Positions 34,857 through 45,608 of a stretch of DNA of 64,000 nucleotides are shown here, in pieces. A program made the position numbers and the translations under genes. The number at the start of each line of letters is the position of its first letter. Positions within the stretch are counted from its first letter, which is position 1. The stretch comes from Lophium mytilinum (Eukaryota): the NCBI GenBank assembly GCA_010093605.1, contig MU004195.1, positions 1,627,566 to 1,691,565 of the forward strand. The letters run 5' to 3'. Under the pieces are notes generated by a model, which saw nothing but the letters and a program-made list of their open reading frames with translations, ran no database searches and was not told the DNA's origin.

Positions 34857-36875
34857 TCATAGAATTGTGAGTTCAGAGAGGGGCCAATTAATACTAGAGT
34901 ATGGTTCCCTATCGGTAAAAGTACCTATGCGGCGGAAGGTCATGTCGTTAAGAGAGAGTGGCAGCAGAAGTAGGCCTACGGTATCGGTGCCTCTTTGAAA
35001 GAGCTGCCCAAGGACTAGAAAATGAACAGATTCCGAGGTTCTATCCGTCTCGTCAATAGTATCGAGGCAAAACCATGATCTCTCCTTCTGTGTATCACTA
35101 AAGAAATATCTGGGTCTCGTCCTGAATTTTGCAAAATCTTCATCAAGCTGACTCATAAGAACCGATCTAGAAGGTTTATATGAAGCTTTCCGTAATCCAC
35201 CTCGAAGAGTAAGTCGTCCGCTGGAAGCTGCTCCGCAACGTAGAGAAGCGTTCTTTAGAACAACATTGCAGGCAAGAACCTCGCACCACGAAGGGTGGAG
35301 ACGCTCGACTTCTACGAAGTCGTCTATTGCTGCCCATGACCAAGTAGGCGCTCTATATTCAAACCGCCGAAACGTTTTCGGGGGAGCAGCATGCTAAAAG
35401 AGTTGCGTCGCAAGTTCTACCTTCCAGAGACCACATGCATAGTCGCCAAGCCAGCTGGAGAAAAGTTCGGCAATGCTACCAATAGCAATCACTCTGTCGT
35501 CCGAGTGCGACAATTTTCGTCCACTGAATTCCTTAACGGCCATGATCCAGTCATCTAGACCTTCTTGGGTGCGGCCAGAAGTAAGCGGTACGTTCTCTTC
35601 TGGGGGGGAGAGATATCGGCTCGGCAAAGAGAGGTAACGGGGGTGCTGCGTGCTTCCCCAAGTAAGTGCAACCGTTTGATAGTCATATACGAGCTCGCGA
35701 CTTCCATTAACAAGACGCCGAGGCGATAGATACCATTCTTGAAGAGTCCATCCACGCTGGTTTACGGGCTCGGCCTGAGGGAAATATCGTGCTTCCAGGA
35801 CTAGAAATAGAGTTCCCATTTCGTGATTTGGGCATGGAAAAGGAAACGGCACCGAGAAAGACTCCGGTGCCAACCGGTCTCCCAGGAAGCCATCCTTGGC
35901 GGCACTCGCGCTTGCGGCGACAATGGTGACATGCGCCTGCTGGTATATTCTTCCCATGTTGGCCGACTCGTGGGCTTTGTCGCCCTCCGAATCTTGGATA
36001 ATGCACAGCGCATCGGTCCACAAGTACTGAAGTCCTAATTGCCGCGCCCAGAAGATTGCGTCTTGGATGCTGCGAGACAAATCGTCCACGTTGATGCTGT
36101 TCAGTCGAGACTCGAGATTAGCCAAAAGCGTAGGAACACCAGTAGGATCTCGGCCCCAACAGTAGGAAAGAACAGCGTAGCGCCCTGTTCTCCCTCCGGC
36201 AAGAAGGAGCCTTGGTTGTCCGGGATGGTCTTCTGGTGACACCTCAATGACTCTTGTAGGCAACTCCATATCTCTCTCCTCGAGGCAATGCTCGTGAAAT
36301 GCGCAATCCCGGATCCAGGCTCTTGCTTCATTGAAACCCTCTTCGGTGTTAACCTCGTGCTTATACGGGTGGGCTTTAACGAAATCGAAAGCAACGTCGT
36401 CTGGATGAGCCCAAGTCTGTATGCCATAACAACTTTCACCAGACGCATTCAATTCTAAGTAGATGTTATCATCTCCCTTGTATCCATATGTCGTGAACCT
36501 AATTCGGACATTATATGACAGTGACAGGCTTGATAGCTCAAGGCTAGGTTCGGACTCTCTTAGGTACCGAGAAATACAGAGATGAATCACCCGGCACCAA
36601 TTGCAGACAGCCTCCGATTCCTGGAGATGGCCATATGGTATATCATATTCATATCTTAAATATTCTCCGTCGCTATCTTTATCACCGCGACATACTTTAG
36701 CAAAGTGGTTGGAAGTGAAGATGTTGTCCCAACACCTTTGACAGACGAGATCTCTCTGCGGCTTCGAGTTGAGTTGTTGACGTCTAGTAACACGCTGCTC
36801 ATCGTCTAACGACGAGCTTCTGAAGCGGGAGGGAAGGGTAGATTTTGACGCCTGTTCCCCGACAGGTGTTGCCAT
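34857..36875 (-). pseudogene. HET (heterokaryon incompatibility) domain gene with one in-frame TAG at 35394-35396
   Basis: HET motifs LPTRVI, YAVLSYCWG, YLWTDALCIIQDS, MGRIYQQA, RGWTLQE. After GLWKVELATQLF* the same frame continues RAPTWSWAAID...FRRIG to TGA at 34857. Confidence 0.85.
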
Positions 36876-37337
36876 GATGAATGGCAATGATGATGAGAAC
36901 TGATGTGGTGTACCCACTGAAAGTAGCACCTTGCGAAGGGATCAAATGAGAGTATAGAAATGATGGATGGATCCGCAGGCGCTTTCGTAAATTCTGGGAA
37001 AGCTGCCGTAGTTTAGAGATATCTACCAGCGTCGGCCGAAGGCCAGAACTCTAAGCCACCACCTGCATCACCCTGCAGGTGCTCCGCCTCACTCACAACT
37101 CACCGGAATCTGAAACACGGGCGTATCACATATTGACCCGCAAGTTTAGTAGAGATCTGAATGCAAGAGTCTTAAGTAGTTTTACACGTCTCATTGACAT
37201 TACGAGAAACAAAACAATCCATATCATTTTCAGCATCTAGCCTTGTCGACCCCTACTAATCCGCCAAACCCACCTGGAATAGACGCCCCATGCCCACCAA
37301 ATGCCCCAAACACCACTCTTTCCCCATCCCCAGGAAC

Positions 37338-37900
37338 CTAATTCCCCATTCCCTTCAACTGCTTCGCCCCATCGACTGCACACAACCACCCCGACCTCCC
37401 CTCCGTAAAGAACTCCAATTGCGGCTTCAACTTTGTCTCCATTAGCGTGAAATCATCCACCGTGCCAATCCTCAAGATACTCTGCTCCGGCCACGACTCG
37501 CCAACCCTGTACAAAAGCGTCCCACAGGTCTTGCAGAAGTAATTCGTCATCAGCTTCTGCGAAGCAGGCGTCTTCTTTTGCGCGAAGGCGGTAAGGTTCT
37601 CCTGGCCGCGCAGATGCTTGAGGTGCGAGTCTTTGACGATGAAATTTGAGCAGAACATAGAGCTACTGATCTTGTGACAGTCGCTGCAGTTACAAACGAA
37701 GGTAGTTACGAGGCCGTCGCCTTCAGTGGGCTGAGGGGGTGTTAGAGAGGAGATACGCCAGAAGTAGGGAGAAATGGGCTTACGAATGCAAGTTGGACGG
37801 CGCCACAGAAGCAGGTTGCTGTTGCTTCTGTCTCGGTGGACCAGCCGTCTTGGGTCTGGTTGGCGAGGGGGAAGTTCTGCTTGGTGAGATCGTAACCCAT
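37338..37900 (-). CDS. GFA/Mss4-like (CENP-V) zinc-binding protein
   Basis: ATCFCGAVQL (exon 1), CNCSDCHK, FCKTCGT. One GTAAGC...CTAAC...CAG intron. Confidence 0.9.
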
Positions 37901-38788
37901 TTTGGTAGATTCTGGTGTGGAGTGTGGTAAGGTTGATGTAGTATTTTGAGTCGTGGCTATCGGAGTTCCCGAAATTGAGACGATAGCAGTCTTGGAAGAT
38001 AGTGGGGAAAGGCAAGTCGTTGGCTCAGATGATGATGTGGAAGGAAGTGAGAAGACTTGACGCAGCTGAGATTGATATTCAAATTACCTACGAAGTAGCC
38101 AGACTTATATACATTTGGCTCGAGCAAGGGATTTCAAAGCGGGACATTGATCTGCACTATTAGAGCCCTGCCATGGTATAGCTGGGACTATTGTTCTGCT
38201 CCTAAATGCTCTATCACTCTCTGATGACGTGGGGGCAGGAACTTCGTGGTTGACACTATTTCCCCCTCATTTCGTAATCACAAACAAGCTTACTAAAGAA
38301 AGTTCTCCGCAAAACCCTCGGATGCGGGCCGGGAATCCTATCGTCAATGCTGTAAAAACTTTGGATATGCAGGGCTCAAGCCTTGATGAACAGGGCGTTG
38401 GTGTAGGTTAACCCCTTTCTGGTAGCGGGGTCGCTGTAGAATTAGGTACAAGGCATACCCCTCAGTTGCTTATTTTACTATACTCTAATCAAGCATATAA
38501 CCAAGCAATCGAAGCAAACTAGTCTACGCATGTTTCTCGGACGGGGGCCGGGGATTTTCAACGGAGCTCGTTTGGTACAAAGGTACATGCAGGAAATTCC
38601 AACGTTGATAAGCGGCGTGGGAGATACCTGCTAAGCCCGCTTAAGACTAGCGGCTCATGATACCATCACGGAACAACACTTTCTCCGGCACAAACATTGA
38701 AACTTCCACTTTCCAGGCAACACAACACGCAGCCCACACGTCCAAAAATACATGACCGCTCAACGACGGGCTTGGGTGACCTTGAGCC

Positions 38789-40708
38789 ATGCCAGGCGGA
38801 GCTGTCTTTTGTCACTCTCTCCCCAACTGTCACTCCTCTCCTGCCGGCATCATGTCGTCAGACGTAACTTCACTCGGGTACACTCGCTCGACAAACAACA
38901 ACAAAACAACAGACGCTGATACTACAGAGATGGCCGAGAGGGATGAACTCGACAACTCCCGCGATGGCAAGCGTAAAGATCCAGGCGTCATTGCAAGAGA
39001 GATGGACCTGTTGGCTCCGCGCCTTCAAGAAGTCTCTCTTGAGGACAAGCGTGCAGGCTACATTACGAGAGAGATGGACCAGCTAACTCCGCAACTCCAG
39101 GGAGTTTCTCTCAGTCCCAATAACGGCCAACCTGCCCAGCAGCAACAGAACCCATCTACGCAGCAACAAAACCCACCTCCCTCGCGACGGCAGAAGACAC
39201 CTCCTTGGCGCCAGCAGCACAACCGACATGCCCAATATTCTCACAGCGTCCAGAATCCACCGCTTTGGCGCCAACAGCACAACCAACATCCCCAAGAATC
39301 CCACAGCGTCCAGAAGCTACCGCCTTGGCGCCAACCACGCAACCAACGCGCCCAATATACCCACAGCGTCCAGAATCGAATGCAGGTACAGCAATCACAG
39401 CCTCAATGGCCCGCCTATGGTGCCGCGCATCAACAGCCGCAAGGTTATACTCACGGTAAGTGGCAGGGCTTTGGTAACCCCCGAGCAAATCAACAGCAGG
39501 TCCAAGATCAATGGCTGAGCCCTGCGAATGCGCAAGAATACCAGCCACACCCCTGTGGCCAGTCGCAAGGCCATGGTACTGCGCAATATCAACAGCAACA
39601 AGCTCCGAATCAATGGCCTGGCTACAGTGTGCAAAACCAGTACACCCAGTGGCCGCCAGCCCTTGGCCAATATGTGCACCCACCGCAACAAGGCTACGAC
39701 GCTCAGCAGCATAATCATCCTGTGCATCCAGCTACCGCTTACCCGGTTGCTGATCATGCTGCGTTGCCTGGTGGCGGCGTCGCTCTCCCAACAGTTCAGC
39801 ATCCGGCGCCTGGACAAACCCCTGTCTTGAACACCCCTCAGGGCTTCTCAAACGTTCCCAATCATCCATCAGGATGGACCCCAATCAACGAGCACCACGG
39901 TGGGTTTGCCTCCGGGCTTCTGAATCCAAGTTTGTCGTCTCCTCCGTCCGGCGCGTTCAGAGGGATGCATACGGGGAAGAAGCTCTCACGTGCCAAGTTG
40001 CCTTACAATCGTGACGCGAAGGTATATACAGGCCCAGCTCCCGAGCCAACCAAGGAGTATCTCGACCAGGCTGCGTTGGAGCCGCATCGCAATTATGCAC
40101 CTACACGCCCGCAGCACCTTCTGATCCTCGACCTCAACGGGACATTGGTCCACCGCCCAGACCGCCGCCATCTGAACAAAATAATACCTCGTCCATATCT
40201 GGCTCCCTTCCTGGAGTTTATTTTCGCGAATTTTGACGTCATGGTCTGGTCAAGTGCGCGACCTGACAATGTCAACCTGATGATCAACAAGGTGCTCGGC
40301 AATACATACACCCCGCAGCTTCGTGCAGTCTGGAACCGCAACAATTTCGGTCTTTCTAAGGAACACTACTCCCAGAATGTCCAGGTGTACAAGCAGTTGA
40401 CGCGTATATGGAACAGTGAGGAGCTCAGCGGGTGCATGTACGACCAAGCCACCACCATTCTTCTCGATGATACGGCCCTCAAAGCCGCCGCGGAGCCCTT
40501 TAATTTGGTCGAAATACCTGAATTTACGGCGGCCAAGGACCAGATGGAGTCGGATGTTTTGCGCGAAGTGGCGGGCTATCTTGAAGAACTTCGCTACCAA
40601 ATGGACGTGTCAACTTTCATCAAGAGGCACCCCTTCAAGGCGGACGGTACGTGGCAGATGAAGTGGTCGGACGAACTGGCGGGCGGAGGAGTAAAACTTG
40701 ACGGTTAG
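38789..40708 (+). CDS. FCP1/NIF-type HAD phosphatase-like protein with long Q/P/H-rich N-terminus
   Basis: LLILDLNGTLVHR, RPYLAPFL, VMVWSSA, KQLTRIW, TILLDD. The start could be 38789, 38852 or 38930. Confidence 0.85.
   Translation: MPGGAVFCHSLPNCHSSPAGIMSSDVTSLGYTRSTNNNKTTDADTTEMAERDELDNSRDGKRKDPGVIAREMDLLAPRLQEVSLEDKRAGYITREMDQLTPQLQGVSLSPNNGQPAQQQQNPSTQQQNPPPSRRQKTPPWRQQHNRHAQYSHSVQNPPLWRQQHNQHPQESHSVQKLPPWRQPRNQRAQYTHSVQNRMQVQQSQPQWPAYGAAHQQPQGYTHGKWQGFGNPRANQQQVQDQWLSPANAQEYQPHPCGQSQGHGTAQYQQQQAPNQWPGYSVQNQYTQWPPALGQYVHPPQQGYDAQQHNHPVHPATAYPVADHAALPGGGVALPTVQHPAPGQTPVLNTPQGFSNVPNHPSGWTPINEHHGGFASGLLNPSLSSPPSGAFRGMHTGKKLSRAKLPYNRDAKVYTGPAPEPTKEYLDQAALEPHRNYAPTRPQHLLILDLNGTLVHRPDRRHLNKIIPRPYLAPFLEFIFANFDVMVWSSARPDNVNLMINKVLGNTYTPQLRAVWNRNNFGLSKEHYSQNVQVYKQLTRIWNSEELSGCMYDQATTILLDDTALKAAAEPFNLVEIPEFTAAKDQMESDVLREVAGYLEELRYQMDVSTFIKRHPFKADGTWQMKWSDELAGGGVKLDG
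39193..39377 (+). repeat. Three 60-bp coding repeats (PPWRQQHNxxxQYSHSVQN)
   Basis: ttggcgcc anchor at 39205, 39265 and 39325. Confidence 0.9.
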
Positions 40709-41008
40709 GGTAGGCACTTCGGTTACTCTTGTTCGAACAATTGCCCAAATAGGTATGAAAAGGTGCAAAAGTAGGTAATGAACCTCTCTTACCACCATTT
40801 GGAGTTTTCCTATACTGTTGAAAAATGTGAATGTGAGTGAATTTTCACATGTGTAAGCTCGTTGGGCTACCTCCAGTCAAGTTCCAATAAACTTACAAAA
40901 CTTGTAAGAAGACAACATCTTCAATTTCCTTCTATCTCGCTCTTACTTCTTCTTGAAAATAAGAACATGGCGGCAAAGTTGTGCCCCTTTTGACCACTGC
41001 TTGTGGTA

Positions 41009-41225
41009 CTGTCGTAGGCCACAAGTCTGGCCACACGGATTCGGCTCGGATTTTCCCATTCAACACCACTGTTCGGGGTAGCCTGACTGTTGAGCAGACA
41101 ATCAGTCAAGAGGCAGTCTAATTTGCACTGTTGGAAGCTTGACATCGCCCTGAAGCCTTCAGAAACCTGTGGGGGTACCCCAAGCAGTGGCGTACCAGTA
41201 TGCCCAGCCTTTTGGCCTGTCACTC
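41009..41225. mobile_element. MITE copy C
   Basis: TA|CTGTCGTAGGCCACAAGTCTGG ... CCCAGCCTTTTGGCCTGTCACTC|TA. Interior is the reverse complement of copy B. Confidence 0.8.
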
Positions 41226-41924
41226 TATCTCGACATAGCTTCACGTAACCTCTCAAGTCTATTTCCGGCCCTTCCAGAACATGCAGTCTCTACCCCGAAA
41301 TTTCTCCACCGTTTTACCACCGCTTAGGGTCCCTCAACACGCCTGCAAATCATTGAGTGAGATCGTTTTAGAAGGCCAGCAAACTCGATAGGGCCCCTCC
41401 CGCGGTGGCAGATGAGCGTACACACATACTTGAGGCCGTGATATGGCCTCATTTCTTTCGTATTTATCTAGTATATCATTGGAGTGGATCCTCAGTTCCT
41501 TGAATCAGGCGCCGCGCATACAAGTTTCTACACTATCTTGCCACTGCATGTGGTACCTCAACGCCCTTTTCAAAATCTAGGCGGATTGAGTTGGCGCTCC
41601 TTATGAAGTTATTGGGGCACCTCGCGCGGTGGAAGATAAGTGTACACTTTTACTACTTACCGCTCGAGCCGATCCTTCTTGGCATTTTTCTCATAGATTT
41701 CCTGAGTCAATTTCCCTTTCTCGAAAGTCGTGCGACGTTCCGAGCCCGCACATTGCTGAGTGGGGTACCTCGCACAGCCTAATCTGAGTTGGGGGTAATG
41801 TCGCAAACTAAGCCTCTCAGATGAAGCTCTCCCATAATCTCAGCTATTTCTATGCAATGCTACTATATGAGGTCTTTTAGGAGGCTATCCAAAACGGCTG
41901 CGGAGTGTCAAGAGCTTGAGACTG

Positions 41925-42270
41925 TGGATACAGAGTCATGTCTGCGGGGTCTTCATTCTATCACTGCTGGGCTCGAATCTTGCTCACTTGACACCACTGC
42001 TAGGGGCAGCCTAGCAACTGAGCAGCCGGTTAGTCAAGAGGTAGTCTAATCTACGCGACTTGGAATTTGCTATAGAGTGAGTTACGATTCTATGCGTATG
42101 CTCGCAATACACTCTCTCTTCTATCGCTGCTCGACTCGAATCTTGCTCACTTGACACCACCACCGCGGGTAGCTTGGCTGCAGAGCAGCTAGTCAGTCAA
42201 GAGGCAGTCTAATCTGCACTGCTTGAAATCTGCGATGGAGTGAGTTACGATTCTGTGCATGTGCTCGCAA
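41925..42270. mobile_element. Two tandem partial MITE cores
   Basis: ctcgaatcttgctcacttgacaccac...gtcaagagg-agtctaatct...gagtgagttacgattct at about 41972 and 42135. Confidence 0.75.
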
Positions 42271-42596
42271 AACACTCTCTCTGGAGATGGCTCTTGGAGC
42301 ACGGTCCTAAAAAAGATAGGGGTTGGGCATGTCGAGGAGAAGAAAGGGTAGCAGCGGGGACGATGAGTCCATGGAGCGAGTCACAAAGATCGCATATGTC
42401 AAGTAAATTTGAAGGTCAGGAGTTTGTGTTCTGCTTATCTATGTGCAGGAGAAATTCCTTCGGCAAAGTCGAGTCTCCGTGGTGGAGAAAGAAGCTAGAC
42501 TTTGCATGTGGCTCCGGATTCAAGCCTCTTGGAGCACTCGTTGCTCTGTTCGTCGCTCCCATTCTGGCCATCTTCGACTAGCTCCATTGCAGCTTT

Positions 42597-43355
42597 CTAC
42601 CAGCCGCCAGATGGTTCCTGACTCTCCTTTCCTTCACACTGTACCTTCAGGGCAAACCAGGCCTTGTTTCCCTCCACCAAGAAGAGGTCCGACATCATTT
42701 CCCAGACCACGTTATGGGTGCAATCGCATCGCCAATTATGCGTATCTGCGTAATCCTCCCTCGTTGGGGGTTCGGTTCCCCACGTATCGTTAGGATCAAC
42801 GTTATATCCGGGTCCAACATAACTGACTTGGCCGCACTTGTGTTCGTTTGAAGAGAAGTGGGGAGTATCGCGAGCGATGAATAGCTCCTCAACAAACCCT
42901 TCGGCGCAGATTCCACGAAGAGAAGTCATCATGAAGTCCTGGAACTCGGGAAAGCCGTACTTCTCGCCGAAAATCCAGCCTTTCACGAAATTCCACATGT
43001 GATCGGTACGCTCAGGGTCCTCCTTCTTTGTTGACTTGTAAGGTGAGGTACGATACGCAGCGCCTTCAGACTCGTTGTATCCATATTCGTTTCGCTGGAA
43101 GTGAGTCCAGAGTCGGAATGCAGCTGGGTCGTCGTCTGGCAGGCGCAAGACTCGTTCTTCTGCCTCGCGAAACCCGCCCTTCAGTGCGTTGGCAAAGAAT
43201 TTGGAGACCTGGTATATGTACCGCTTGTCCGTCATGAACGTAGCTTTGTTGTCTCCGGTGCCTACATGGACGGTGATGATGTCGTCGTTCGACTTCACCC
43301 TGCTTTATGTTAGTCGGCCTTAGTTTACGGGTAAGAAAGGGCTCACATACTCCAT
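42597..43355 (-). CDS. BTB/POZ domain protein (paralog 1)
   Basis: 5-nt first exon ATGGA then GTATGT...CTAAC...CAG intron. IITVHVG, SKFFANALKGGFREAEERVLRLPDDDP, WIFGEKYGFPEFQD. Confidence 0.85.
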
Positions 43356-43845
43356 GATAGTCTCAGTTGTGCAACGGACGTACCGGGCTGGCTCAGTTTC
43401 GGCTACGGTTCTGATGGGCGAGCAATGTTCGCAAGTTTCTATCGCAAGATCTTCAGCTTGGAGTTTATTTGCCATCGCTCGGATCACGAAGGCTTACCTC
43501 GAGTTGATGGCTCGATCTCCAGCTTCTGGGCCATTTCAGTTACTTCGTTGGCCGCCATGCTGAAGACAAGGGCAGTAGAGTTAGTTGTTCGCAAAAAGAG
43601 GTGGTTAGGTCAAGGCCTAGGAGATGTAAGTGAGAAGCAGTGCGCAGCGCTTATTGCGTCAGATGATCTAAGTGGCCCTCGAGTTTCTTATTCACCATTT
43701 CACTTAGCGAATCGTACTTTCATCCTCGCTTTATTGAGAGTTTCAAATGTTAGACCCAGCTAACTTGTGGAGGGATGATATACAATCATCATCCAGAAGT
43801 TCCGCGTACTTGGGTCGCTGCTACCTCATGTCCAGACATCCAGTC

Positions 43846-44834
43846 TTACCAACTGTCATTCGGATCCCGCACCACATCAACACCTCCGTTCTTTGTGAAG
43901 CTGTACCATACGTTCTCTTCGCACAGCTCAGGATGATCCTTCGCTCCACTGACGATCATCATTCCGTTGACATTGGCCTGACGCTCGATGTTCGCGCCAA
44001 CGTGGAAGAGGTGGTCCCGCATCTTCCAGACGCACTGGTCCTTGCCCTCAAAATTGCAGTTGTCACGACCAACAAACATCTCCTTTGCGAACCCGGTATA
44101 ATTTTCCATTTCTGAAAAGTCCTCCCATCTCTTGACACGATCGTGGAGCTGTCTGCACATGTTCTCGACCAGAAAGAATCTCAGAGGTGAGCCCGCAAGC
44201 GTATTCTCATAGACGTACTTCATAATGGAGAGAGGTATGCAATATCCAGGTGTTCCATTGGAAGGGGAACCGCTGCGCGTGACGCGTCGTAGAATACTCA
44301 TCAGGAAGTTCTGGAATTCTGGCAAGCTGTATTTTTCCCCGAAGAGCCAGGCCTTGACAAGTTCCCAGAGGGTCGCGCGAGTTTTGGCATTCGGATGCAA
44401 CTCCCAGAAGAAGCTACGTGGTTTGTGAGGTGGATTCAGACAGGACTCCCAAGACTTTTTGCGATCGTTCTTGTCGTAGAAGTCGTGCCAGAGTCGGAAA
44501 GAAGATGGCTCATCGTCAGGCAATCGCAAGATACGCTGACTTGCCTCACGGAAGCTCCCTCGAAAAGCGTTGGCGAAGAAGCTGGAGGCTTTGCAAATGT
44601 AGTCCTTTGAAGTTTGGAAGGTCGCTTGGGCGATTCTTCCACCCGCCACGTCGTACTGCCCTGTCCCGACAATGATGGTGACCATTTCCTCTCCGGGCCT
44701 GATCCTTCACTGCATCAGCTAATACCCCCAGGAAGACCGAGGTCGACTTACTCTAGTAGAGCTTGGGTGGCATAGCCGGCGATTCCGGGCTCTGGTAGGG
44801 ATGGCTCTGGATTTGTGCGACTGGTGTACGCCAT
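43846..44834 (-). CDS. BTB/POZ domain protein (paralog 2)
   Basis: Exon 1 MAYTSR...LLE, then a GTAAGT...CAG intron. SSFFANAFRGSFREASQRILRLPDDEP, WLFGEKYSLPEFQN. Confidence 0.85.
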
Positions 44835-45608
44835 GTAGGGCTTCCACGACGTTCCTGCACAACGTTAGTTCTAGAGTCTGTCAATTCATCTGCAGGTGAA
44901 TAGCGTACCAGTCTGGCTATTGTCCCAATCCGCCGCCATAATGGAGAAGGCGTGGCAAGGCTGTTCTTTCTTTGACCACGGGTGTCGAAGGTTCCGAGGA
45001 GACCTGGTGAAGGACAAGTGCAAGAACAGCCACGCGCTTGTTGCTTCACGTGACTGACACGCTCGATCTCCCTTCCACTTCACTCTTTCGCTCAGGAACT
45101 TTATGTGTCCGTCAGCATATCATTCTTCTAATAAGCAGTATCGCATAAGCCTTGCGTTGAGCTATATCCGTCACTAGAGCAGAACATCCGCCATAGCAGA
45201 CCCTAGTCACACGTTATTGCTCACCGCAGTTCGAAATCGTCTCCGCGCCGGTTTCCGACCCTCGTGTCATACAGAGCATATGGAAGACCTCCAGCCTTCG
45301 GCTCAGGTGACGAGGTAGTTCTCTATATGCCACATCAGAAATGCAACCCTAGTTTCTCCTCACGAGAATGATCCTACTTCTTACCTTACTCTATCTCAAA
45401 ACTCTCCTGCTTCGGCATTCATTCAACTCATCGTGAAAGCAGTGAAGCCGAGCTCATTCACCCTAACAAATATCTCTCGCCAGTACATCTTGGACCTCGC
45501 ACACCTCGCTCACCACTATCTCCGAGCCCACCACCACAACCTCACCCTCCACAACAGACAACCACACACTCCCAACCAGACTACAACCCACACACTCCTC
45601 CCGCAACA

